Below are positions 1-8,075 of a stretch of DNA of 15,726 nucleotides, piece after piece (the stretch's first letter is position 1; each line of letters begins with the position of its first letter). Position numbers and translations under genes: made by a program. Location of the stretch: the NCBI GenBank assembly GCA_039799905.1, contig JBDLRP010000050.1:1-15726 (forward strand), given 5' to 3'. The notes under the pieces were generated by a model that was not told the origin of the DNA, made no database searches, and worked only from the letters and a program-made list of their open reading frames with translations. This DNA is from Pseudomonadota bacterium (lineage in GTDB: Bacteria > Bdellovibrionota_B > Oligoflexia > Silvanigrellales > Silvanigrellaceae).

Positions 1-26
1 TGAGCCAGGATCAAACTCTTAAGTTT
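1..26 (-). rRNA. rrs: 16S rRNA gene, 5' end only (continues off the left edge of the window)
   Basis: Reverse complement of 1-19 is AGAGTTTGATCCTGGCTCA, the universal 27F site at the start of bacterial 16S rRNA. The 5' end at ~26 is estimated from E. coli numbering. boxA and a promoter lie upstream on the same strand. Confidence 0.93.
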
Positions 27-172
27 AATTTGGCTACATGATTATTATAAAACGTTCATTGACGTTATTTGGTAAAACCTCACGCCGGTTGCGAACTTCT
101 CTCAGTGTTGCCACCAAAATCCACTCACCCTTGCGTGCGGCTCTTCCCGCACTCTGTGACTTCTTTCTTCTC

Positions 173-185
173 TTTTCAAAGAACC
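173..185 (-). promoter_or_regulatory. rRNA leader antitermination boxA
   Basis: Minus strand reads GGTTCTTTGAAAA, matching the boxA consensus (GYTCTTTRAMA), ~150 nt upstream of the 16S 5' end. Confidence 0.8.
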
Positions 186-201
186 GTGCTCACCTTGGAT
201 T

Positions 202-277
202 TGGTGGCGGGGGCAGGACTTGAACCTGCGGCCTTCGGGTTATGAGCCCGACGAGATACCAACTTCTCCACCCCGCG
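202..277 (-). tRNA. Initiator tRNA-fMet (anticodon CAT), 76 nt, CCA encoded
   Basis: Minus strand CGCGGGGTGGAGAAGTTGGTATCTCGTCGGGCTCATAACCCGAAGGCCGCAGGTTCAAGTCCTGCCCCCGCCACCA folds into a cloverleaf. Initiator determinants are present: unpaired C1:C72, A11:U24 pair, and three consecutive G:C pairs in the anticodon stem. Confidence 0.97.
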
Positions 278-295
278 TCCTCGAGAGCGAAGCGG

Positions 296-324
296 TGTTT
301 ATCCACCCAGGAGGGGGCTGTCAA
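296..324 (-). promoter_or_regulatory. Sigma70-type promoter for the tRNA-fMet/rRNA operon
   Basis: Minus strand has TTGACA (324-319), a 17-nt spacer, TAAACA (301-296), then a GC-rich discriminator (CCGC). A T-tract at ~334-340 could act as an UP element. The -10 box is imperfect. Confidence 0.65.
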
Positions 325-342
325 CACCGAATCAAAAAAACT

Positions 343-1263
343 TTACGCGTTGACCACAACGCCCTTCAGGCGATGCTTCAAAAAGTTCGGAAGTGCAAAA
401 GATCCTTTGTGAATGTCTGTGTTGTAGTAGCGCGTAGATTTTTCGATAGCATGAGCACGCTCGAGATCGATTGCTTCAAAAGGATGCACGGATGAACTGG
501 CGAACGCCCATGACCAAAAACCAAACGGATAAGTTGGAATGCTTCCCGAGAAAGCCCACACCTGCCCAATTTCACGCAAATTTCCGTAGACTTTTGCAAG
601 GTCGATTCCATTTTCCCAAGGCGATTCGCACTGCGCCATGACGATGCCGTCCGGCTTCAAAATGCGTCTGACTTCTTTGTAGAAAGCGCCGGAAAAGAGT
701 CCGACTCCCGGACCGATTGGGTCAGTAGAATCAACAATGACAACGTCGAAACTATTGTCAGCCGAATTTTTAACGAACTCAACTCCGTCGGCAATGTTCA
801 CTTTGGCGCGGGGATGATTCAAACCAACCGCCGTGAATGGCAAATACTGGCGGGAGAGCGACACAACATCGGGATCAATTTCGCAAAGAACTGCCTCTTT
901 TACAGAATCGTGCCTGAGAACTTCACGCAGTGTACCGCCATCGCCACCGCCAATGACAAGGACCCGTTCGGGCTTCTTGTGAACAAGGCAAGGAACATGG
1001 GCGATCATTTCATGATAGACGAACTCGTCCCGTTCAGTGACCATCATGAGGCCATCCAACGTCAGAATACGACCGAATCCTGAGGTTTCGAGAACGTCGA
1101 CTCGTTGAAACGGAGATTGCTTTGACGCCAGCACCTTCTTCACATGGAGACCCAACGAAATCTCGTCGTTGTGCCGCTCCTGATACCAAAGGTCGAGAAC
1201 GATTCCCTCACTGCCTTCTGACTCAGGGCTTGAGCTGTTTTGAATTCTCTGTGAAAAATACAT
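343..1263 (-). CDS. speE: Polyamine aminopropyltransferase (spermidine synthase)
   Basis: Motifs SPFQRVDV, GRILTLDG, DEFVYHEMIAH, VLVIGGGDGG, CEID, DVVIVDSTDP, IPTYP and YYNTDIH. I prefer the ATG at 1263 over the TTG at 1293; the true start is uncertain. Confidence 0.95.
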   Translation of the reverse strand: MYFSQRIQNSSSPESEGSEGIVLDLWYQERHNDEISLGLHVKKVLASKQSPFQRVDVLETSGFGRILTLDGLMMVTERDEFVYHEMIAHVPCLVHKKPERVLVIGGGDGGTLREVLRHDSVKEAVLCEIDPDVVSLSRQYLPFTAVGLNHPRAKVNIADGVEFVKNSADNSFDVVIVDSTDPIGPGVGLFSGAFYKEVRRILKPDGIVMAQCESPWENGIDLAKVYGNLREIGQVWAFSGSIPTYPFGFWSWAFASSSVHPFEAIDLERAHAIEKSTRYYNTDIHKGSFALPNFLKHRLKGVVVNA

Positions 1264-1362
1264 AGTTGTGCCTCGCTGGGATAGGAGCTTCAATAAATCG
1301 GGCGGCTTCTAGCATTCAGCGACGGGTCCTACAACCGCAATTCAAAAAATCGGAGTAATGAC

Positions 1363-2634
1363 GTGGAAAAACGTTCGAACCACGACAAAGCCAATGACCT
1401 TGCCGTCGAATTAAAATCCGACGCACTTTCCAACGTGCGCATCGCAGTTTGCATGGGCGGCGGCATTGCAGCAATCGAGGTCCCGAAGGTTGTCCGCGAG
1501 CTTCGACGCCTTGGCGCGGACGTGCGAGTGTTTGCAACTGAGTCGGCGCTCAAATTTGTCGGCAAGGATGCTCTCGAATGGGCGTCAACCAAACCAGTTG
1601 TCGTACAATCCGGAGGACTCGCAGAACATGTCGCTCAGGAAGACACGCTCCTCGTCTTTCCCGCGACAACGGATCTTATTGGAAAAGCCGCAAATGGGAT
1701 TTGTCCAGATGCATGCTCGACATACATCCAGAGCGCACTTGGCCGCGAAATGACCACGGTCTTTCTTCCAACCATGCATGATTCTTTAAGAAATTCACCT
1801 GCCTTCAAGGACAACATGCGGCGCCTGTCTCAATTTAGAGGAGTGTCGTTTATCGAGCCCAGAATCGAGGAGGGAAAATGGAAATCACCATCCCCCGAGA
1901 CCATCGCACTCGAGGTTGCCTTCCGTCACAACCAGGCCCAGTGGCTTCAAAACGGCGGAAGCAGACCGAAAGCGCTCGTCACACTTGGTGGTACGGCCAC
2001 TAAAATCGATTTGGCAAGGACAATTACAAACCTGTCGACAGGAACACTTGGTGCAATCCTCGTGAGGAAACTACTGGAACAAGGCATTCAAGTGACGGCA
2101 CTGTGCGGACATCACACAGCAACACTAAGCGCATGCTCAGAATTGCGTGCGATTGACTGCAGAGAATTTTCATCGATGGAAAAACACATCAATGAACTCG
2201 GACAATCGGAATCCTTCTCCGCATTCTTTCACATTGCTGCGGTCTCTGATTACGGAACTGAAAAGACTGTGGACAAAAAAATATCAAGTACCGCGAATGA
2301 ACTCGAACTAAAACTCACCCGACTTCCAAAACTTATCGCTTCGCCGTCCCTCGCCAAAATCCCGTTTCGAAGCGCTTGTAAATTCACCTCCACCGACGGT
2401 CCCGAAGATCTGAAGAAAGCGCAAAAGCTCTTAAAGGAAAACAAACTTGACGCGGTTATATGGAATTGGGGTGAGGCCGCATTCGGGAGCACTGACAACA
2501 AACAGAAAAGCATTATGTTGCGCAAGGACGGCAGCCAACAGCAACTGCAGGACAAGGACCATATAGCAAGTTCTCTGGTCGAAGAACTCATCAGCAATCT
2601 CAGAAAGGCTAATTTGCAGAATGAAGGCAATTGA
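1363..2634 (+). CDS. coaBC: Bifunctional phosphopantothenoylcysteine decarboxylase / phosphopantothenate-cysteine ligase (CoaBC/Dfp), archaeal-like CoaC signature
   Basis: N-terminal HFCD flavoprotein domain (GGIAA, GADVRV, EHV, FPAT..LIGKAANGI, PTMH) and C-terminal DFP domain (VTLGGT...ID..RTITNLSTGTLG, AAVSDY, KKISS). GTG start with GGAG at 1352-1355. Confidence 0.9.
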   Translation: MEKRSNHDKANDLAVELKSDALSNVRIAVCMGGGIAAIEVPKVVRELRRLGADVRVFATESALKFVGKDALEWASTKPVVVQSGGLAEHVAQEDTLLVFPATTDLIGKAANGICPDACSTYIQSALGREMTTVFLPTMHDSLRNSPAFKDNMRRLSQFRGVSFIEPRIEEGKWKSPSPETIALEVAFRHNQAQWLQNGGSRPKALVTLGGTATKIDLARTITNLSTGTLGAILVRKLLEQGIQVTALCGHHTATLSACSELRAIDCREFSSMEKHINELGQSESFSAFFHIAAVSDYGTEKTVDKKISSTANELELKLTRLPKLIASPSLAKIPFRSACKFTSTDGPEDLKKAQKLLKENKLDAVIWNWGEAAFGSTDNKQKSIMLRKDGSQQQLQDKDHIASSLVEELISNLRKANLQNEGN

Positions 2635-2689
2635 CATTCAGACTTCAGAAACTCTAAGCAAAGACAAACCCGACGCCGGAAAACCTGCG

Positions 2690-3418
2690 ATGAAAAAAAT
2701 TGTGACATTTATTATAACCTGTTACGTTTGGACCATCGTTCCATTGCTGACAGTCTTCTTCTCGACTGCCGTCGTGATTGCCACCCCTATCGCCATCCTC
2801 ACAGACAAACGTCGCAATCTTTTGCACGAGCTCGCAACTATGTGGGCAAAGAGTATCGTGTTTGTGAATCCCTGGTGGACATTCGTCGTTGAGGGAAGAG
2901 AAAATCTTCCCGCCGACAGCCGACCCGTCGTTTACGTCGCCAATCACCAAAGCCAAGCCGACATCATCAGTGTCTTTTTGTTGTCACGTCAATTCAGATG
3001 GCTTGCGAAGGATTCGCTTTTTAAAATTCCTTTTCTCGGCTGGGCAATGGCGGCAGCTGGGTACGTGCCCGTCAAAAGGGGCGACAGAAGATCGCACGTC
3101 AAGTGCATGCGCAGGGCAAAGGAGCACCTGGCAGACGGAACTTCGATGTTGTTCTTTCCTGAGGGTACTCGTTCACGCAATGGCCAATTACAACCGTTCA
3201 AGGCAGGAGCCTTCCGTCTTGCCGCCGATGCAGATGCAGATATTGTTCCGATAACGCTGCAGGGTGCGTCTGACTTACTTCCCAAAGGATCGATAACACC
3301 CTCCGTTGCGACGGTTAGAATCACAATTCACCCGCACATCAGCTCCACTGGCAAAAGCGATAACGAGCTGATGGAGGCTGCTCAAGCGGCAATCGCGTCG
3401 GCTCTGCCGAACGCTTGA
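2690..3418 (+). CDS. plsC: Lysophospholipid acyltransferase (1-acyl-sn-glycerol-3-phosphate acyltransferase family)
   Basis: ANHQSQAD (HX4D), AKDSLFKIPFLGW, FFPEGTRS and PFKAGAF motifs plus an N-terminal hydrophobic helix. An alternative in-frame ATG at 2621 overlaps coaBC. Confidence 0.88.
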   Translation: MKKIVTFIITCYVWTIVPLLTVFFSTAVVIATPIAILTDKRRNLLHELATMWAKSIVFVNPWWTFVVEGRENLPADSRPVVYVANHQSQADIISVFLLSRQFRWLAKDSLFKIPFLGWAMAAAGYVPVKRGDRRSHVKCMRRAKEHLADGTSMLFFPEGTRSRNGQLQPFKAGAFRLAADADADIVPITLQGASDLLPKGSITPSVATVRITIHPHISSTGKSDNELMEAAQAAIASALPNA

Positions 3419-3545
3419 GAACGCCGCTCCGCGTAAACTCACATGCACACTCATTTTCAACGTCCACTTGCAAAAGATCAGCTGTCTGCCTGACATGCTC
3501 AATGCAGAATGTTAGTATTATCGGGCTCGAAGCCACTAAGAGGTA

Positions 3546-5321
3546 ATGTTCATGCTGGCAAATCAAAGATGCTCGCGGCGGCGCTGCCGCGCTCTAGTTT
3601 TACTGACAGCCAAATCGGTCTTGGCCACCGGATGTGTTTCCAAGCAAGGCGAAATTGATCAAAAAAGATCGCAGTTGGTGACTGGCAGCAGGTGCAGCCT
3701 CACTTCTGGTTATCGCTGGAATCCGCAAAAACCACCAAAGCTTTTATTGCTGAGTCTCGACAGTTTGAATCTGGATAGCCTCAATGAATACATTCCCCGG
3801 CTCAAAAATCCCCATCCGTCCGGATTGAGCAAAATACTAAAGCAAAGAAATCAAAATGCGCATTTGATTGTGCGCGACCCGACAATCACGGCTTCTTCAC
3901 ACACCTCGACAATCACCTGCTCCACTGCCGGTACGCACGGTATCTTTGCAAATTCTCAGTGGAACGGACAAAAGAACGTCAGCGGATTTTCAGCACCAAC
4001 GGGCGTCGAAACCTTTGCAACCGCACTTCGAACAGCAGGACTAAAAGTTGTCACGGCAGGGTATCCTTCACTTGATAATTCGGAAAACGGCCGCACTGTG
4101 AGCGAGGGGTTTGCATATGGAGATAATCTTGGCAAAGCCACCGTGGTTTCGATGTCTGGCAAAGAATCGTATGAACATGCCTGGAAGAACCAGAAAGACG
4201 AAATTCTGGCAAAAATAAACATCAGAAGAAAAGACAACCAACAGTTTCAGTTCGAATGCAGCGACGGTTCTTGCACAGTGTCGAGCGAGCCTTCCAGTTC
4301 AGTGCAAAATCTCATTCTTACACTCGGCGAACGCAGAGCTGTCGCATATACGATCGATCTGAAGTCGAAACAGGAAGAAATTTATCTCTCACCACTGGGG
4401 TTCAACAAAGCTTTTCCAGATGGGACCTTGGCAAGACTCGATGATTGCGGAATTGTTTTTTCGCCTGGAAAAGATCTTTCACTTGCGAGGTTTGGCGCTG
4501 ACGCAATTATCTCAGGACTCGAGCACAGACTGAATTTTTTCCACCGTACTTGGAGAATGTACCTCCCATCGACTGACGCCGACGCGATCTTTGCATACCT
4601 TGAGGACATAGATGCCCTCAGGCACCAATTTGCAGGCGATACCGAAGCCCAAGAGAAAGTCCTGAATCACATTCAAAAAGTCGACCAGATCGTCGGTGAG
4701 CTAATTCAGTCTTTGCCCAAAGAGACTAACGTGGTGATCATGGGTGACCACGGCATGTCGGCAGTCACCAAGGAATTGAACATCCGCGCTATTGTTCCGG
4801 AAAATGCACTCAAAGAGGCGATTGTATACACGTCGGGCGGTACTCTTCTGATGTATCCCAAGACTCATGCGAGTGATAAGTCAAACTCTCCCGCTTCAAA
4901 TCAATGGCTGACTCAGACTCAGGAAGCTCTGCTCAAGTTCAGACTGAGTGGGCTCAGCGCTCCAGTTTTTGAAAAGGTGCTGGTGAAGGGTACCCTCGGA
5001 TTGAGCGCAGCAGGCCTCGAGCATCCCAATGGGCCTTGGTTGATTGCGTTTGCAAATGAAAGCGTTGGTCTGCAAAACTCAATGAGTGATGCCCTTGTGC
5101 TAGCGGATACCAAAAATCCGCAACTGCCGCCGCCGCGTCCCAGAGGTCAGCACGGCCACAACTCTGAGAACAAAACGATGAGAGCATTTTTGACGATGTG
5201 GGGACCGAATCTGGATTCACTTCAAGCGAATCAGATCAAATACAACACTGACGTCGTTCCTGCACTGGCAAAAGCCATGAATTGGCCTTCACCGAAGCAA
5301 TGTATTGGCGGGTCCAAATGA
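3546..5321 (+). CDS. Alkaline phosphatase superfamily protein (type I phosphodiesterase/nucleotide pyrophosphatase), probable lipoprotein
   Basis: Metal-ligand motifs in the canonical order: LLSLDSL, PTITASSH (Thr nucleophile), DALRH, MGDHGM, GQHGH. Possible lipobox LATG-C30. SD-like AAGAGG just upstream. Confidence 0.85.
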   Translation: MFMLANQRCSRRRCRALVLLTAKSVLATGCVSKQGEIDQKRSQLVTGSRCSLTSGYRWNPQKPPKLLLLSLDSLNLDSLNEYIPRLKNPHPSGLSKILKQRNQNAHLIVRDPTITASSHTSTITCSTAGTHGIFANSQWNGQKNVSGFSAPTGVETFATALRTAGLKVVTAGYPSLDNSENGRTVSEGFAYGDNLGKATVVSMSGKESYEHAWKNQKDEILAKINIRRKDNQQFQFECSDGSCTVSSEPSSSVQNLILTLGERRAVAYTIDLKSKQEEIYLSPLGFNKAFPDGTLARLDDCGIVFSPGKDLSLARFGADAIISGLEHRLNFFHRTWRMYLPSTDADAIFAYLEDIDALRHQFAGDTEAQEKVLNHIQKVDQIVGELIQSLPKETNVVIMGDHGMSAVTKELNIRAIVPENALKEAIVYTSGGTLLMYPKTHASDKSNSPASNQWLTQTQEALLKFRLSGLSAPVFEKVLVKGTLGLSAAGLEHPNGPWLIAFANESVGLQNSMSDALVLADTKNPQLPPPRPRGQHGHNSENKTMRAFLTMWGPNLDSLQANQIKYNTDVVPALAKAMNWPSPKQCIGGSK

Positions 5322-6583
5322 GTGTGTTTTTTTTCGTTACCGCGCTTTTGCTGATTGGTTGTGCTACATACACCGATCAAACTGCAGCCGTGCGAAATAA
5401 ACTCGTCCACGGTCAATCTCAAGAGGCGCTCGAAACTCTTGAAAAAAGTCCGATTGCCACGCGCAAGCGCGATGAAGTTTTGTTCCGAATGGAACGAGGG
5501 ATGCTCCACTATCTCGGCGGTGATTATGAGAAGGCAGTCAAAGACTGGGAAAAATCCTTCTACCGTTCCGAAGAGCTTTACACTTTGAGTATTTCTAAAA
5601 CAGCTGCAAGCTTGGCTGTTTCAGAAGACCTGACCGACTATGAAGGCGAAGAACATGAGCGCGTTTTGATTCCAATTTTTTCGTCGCTTTCATTTTTCGC
5701 AATGGGAAATCTGGGCGCAGCTTTGGTTGAGATCCGTCGGGCCTATAATCTCATCAGTAAACTTAAATTAGATACCGACAACAAAAGCCCGCGCATTGAC
5801 GGTTTTCCATTTTTTGTCTCCGGTCTTTTGTATGAATCAAATGCAAACTGGGATGCTGCAATCATCGAGTACAGGAAAGCACTTAAATTTTACAGGACGG
5901 ATCAATGGCCGCGCCATAATGTTGATCGATTGGTTGCTGATTCTCTGTGGCGAGTTGCTGAATTCAGAGGACGCAGCGAAATCACAAGAGAACTTGAAGA
6001 TAGCGGTTTTCAAAAGCCAAAAGACACGCTTCGAGAGAGAATGTCGCAAGGAGAAGTCATTCTGGTTTTCGAAAGTGGGCAGAGTCCGATCAAAGTTGCG
6101 CGCGACTATCCGATCGATCATTCGACTGGAATCGTTAACATCTCATTCCCGGCATATCAGGCGATTACCCGTTCGAATCCGTCGGTCAGAATCTCATGCG
6201 ACGGAAAGGAGTGCGAGAGAACAAGCAAGGCCTCGGACGTTGCTGTGCTCGCAGAAAGAGCACTCGAACACCGCAGACTCAAAGACATCGCCAAAATGAC
6301 TGCACGGCTGATTGTAAAGCAAGGCTCCAAAGAGGCTGCGAGAAAACATTTCGGCGAATTGGGAGGCATTGCAGTTATGCTGGCAAATGCCGCCACAGAA
6401 CGCGCCGACACCCGCAGCTGGACACTTCTTCCGGAAAACATTCAGATTGCCAGAGTTGTGGTACCACCGGACCAAACGATAAAACTTTCAGTGGATGCAC
6501 AAAACATAATAGAAGGTGGGGCTTGGTCTGTAAAAGTTCCCGTCGGCAAGAAAAAGCTACTAAGAGTGAGAAGTATGTACTGA
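5318..6583 (+). CDS. COG3014-like TPR-containing lipoprotein of unknown function
   Basis: The ATG at 5318 overlaps the upstream TGA (ATGA). Signal peptide MSVFFFVTALLLIG-C, TPR-like helices (MERGMLHYLGGDYEKA), and family motifs DYEGEEHE, ALVEIRR and ERADTRSWTLLP. Confidence 0.8.
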   Translation: MSVFFFVTALLLIGCATYTDQTAAVRNKLVHGQSQEALETLEKSPIATRKRDEVLFRMERGMLHYLGGDYEKAVKDWEKSFYRSEELYTLSISKTAASLAVSEDLTDYEGEEHERVLIPIFSSLSFFAMGNLGAALVEIRRAYNLISKLKLDTDNKSPRIDGFPFFVSGLLYESNANWDAAIIEYRKALKFYRTDQWPRHNVDRLVADSLWRVAEFRGRSEITRELEDSGFQKPKDTLRERMSQGEVILVFESGQSPIKVARDYPIDHSTGIVNISFPAYQAITRSNPSVRISCDGKECERTSKASDVAVLAERALEHRRLKDIAKMTARLIVKQGSKEAARKHFGELGGIAVMLANAATERADTRSWTLLPENIQIARVVVPPDQTIKLSVDAQNIIEGGAWSVKVPVGKKKLLRVRSMY

Positions 6584-6588
6584 CAACT

Positions 6589-7974
6589 TTAGTGGCGGGC
6601 TATCCATCCGTACTCAGCCATCAGACCCTGAATCAGTGACGGTGCATCAAAAGATACCAATCGTTCTGTCGAATGCGGAACAGGCATAGCAGTTCTCAGC
6701 AAAGTGTGAACTTGGGTCTTCATGTCTACATCCGGATACTGATGAGATGTCATTCCCAGAACTGCAGCAACCTGCGCAGCAGAGGCTGACGTTCCACTCA
6801 TGAATCCGAAATCTCGATTGATGAGCGTTGAATAGATGCGCTCACCCGGAGCCAGCAATGTAAATCCCAGCTCATTGGCCGCCAACTGACTAAACCAAGC
6901 AGGACGAGAGCACACGTCGGATGCAGAAACCGGCAACAGCGCACCTTCTGATTCATGAAATCGCCCAGCCCATGCAGCTGGAAATATGCGCTGTCCAGCT
7001 GATCTGCGTCCTGTCTCAAAATTGCCGGCAGGGACGACGAGTGCAACATCGAAATCGAGAATCTTCTCAATTTTTGATTCCAGTTGATCAAGAAAATCGG
7101 TGGTAAGTCCGTCGGATTCATAAAATGCCCACGACAAGAGAATCACCCTGCTGCGGCTGTCATTTTTATCCTTTCGAGCAACGAGCGACAAAATGATAGA
7201 GTCAAGACTGGCAAGGACTTCTTGACCTGAGACCCTCGGCCCCGCGCGAGTTGCCGTGACTGAGAGCGGATAAACTTTGACCTGAAGCCCCGGGACAACT
7301 CCAACCGTTCCTTCCCCATTGCGTAAAGCAGACATCAAGCCTGCAACGTGGGTTCCATGTGCGTCCGGTCGATGAGAACCCTGGCTACTCGAAGCAGCAA
7401 CGGAGATTGTCCCGCGCAAGTCGGGATGCTCGACGTCTGGCATCGAATCGTTCAACCAAACCTCACCCAGATGCTGACCCGGATTTGTCATGGTTGAATC
7501 CCAGATTCGGGCCGAAGAGGGAGTGAGCGGATTGACCTGCGGGCATGACTCTGAATCAGGTGAAAGTCTTTGAGCCGTCCGGTCAGCAGCAACCCAATAG
7601 GCATGTTCTTCAGTTTGGACTCCACGGGCGGAGTCCAGGTTTTGATCGAGAGTCAGTGGAAAACGTTCAAACCATGGGTTTGGCCAGGCCAACAAATGCC
7701 ACTGCAACGCCAATCCACCATCCTGAACGGGTACGATGTTCATTGCCTGCAGTCGGCCCCAGACGCCTTGAATCGGGGAATGTTTCGGGAATGAGACTCC
7801 AGAGGTCTCATCCAACGAAACTGCGCTGAGTCGGAATTTGTTTTCCGGCATGTTCAACGAGACAAACAGCACGAAGGAGGCTGCCAATCCCAAAAGTACT
7901 CCCGCAGCGGTGAGCAGTAGCTTGGCTGCACCAGCTGGCTTTACTGGGAAAAATTTCCTAATAATTGAGTACAC
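6589..7974 (-). CDS. S8 family (subtilisin-like) serine peptidase, exported or membrane-anchored
   Basis: Catalytic Asp (WLNDSMPDVEHPDL), His (HGTHVAG), oxyanion Asn (PAGN), LAPGERIYST and Ser (SGTSASA). N-terminal hydrophobic helix. GTG start with GGAGA SD at 7985-7981. Confidence 0.88.
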   Translation of the reverse strand: MYSIIRKFFPVKPAGAAKLLLTAAGVLLGLAASFVLFVSLNMPENKFRLSAVSLDETSGVSFPKHSPIQGVWGRLQAMNIVPVQDGGLALQWHLLAWPNPWFERFPLTLDQNLDSARGVQTEEHAYWVAADRTAQRLSPDSESCPQVNPLTPSSARIWDSTMTNPGQHLGEVWLNDSMPDVEHPDLRGTISVAASSSQGSHRPDAHGTHVAGLMSALRNGEGTVGVVPGLQVKVYPLSVTATRAGPRVSGQEVLASLDSIILSLVARKDKNDSRSRVILLSWAFYESDGLTTDFLDQLESKIEKILDFDVALVVPAGNFETGRRSAGQRIFPAAWAGRFHESEGALLPVSASDVCSRPAWFSQLAANELGFTLLAPGERIYSTLINRDFGFMSGTSASAAQVAAVLGMTSHQYPDVDMKTQVHTLLRTAMPVPHSTERLVSFDAPSLIQGLMAEYGWIARH

Positions 7975-8075
7975 GGTTGTTCTCCGATTTCCTCTAGGGA
8001 ATAGATCGGAAAAAATTGCCGATTCATGAGCTTTTCTTATATTTTTCGCGCATTCAGGCGCTCGGCGAGGCCTAA

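Noticed and set aside
202..343. tRNA as an integration site for a mobile element
   Set aside because: No integrase and no duplicated tRNA 3' end seen in the window, and the flanks are housekeeping genes.
38..495. Plus-strand ORFs 38..223 and 220..495
   Set aside because: They are antisense to the rRNA leader, tRNA-fMet and speE, and have no protein-family features.
3419..3545. Possible sRNA or sigma28 promoter in the plsC-NPP gap (minus-strand CCCGATAA at 3525-3518) and ORFs 3275..3502 and 3339..3566
   Set aside because: No matching -35 box, no stable hairpin or terminator that I can see, and the ORFs overlap plsC in antisense.
5282..5317. TTG start at 5282 for the COG3014-like gene
   Set aside because: The ATG at 5318 gives a normal lipoprotein signal peptide and an ATGA coupling overlap.
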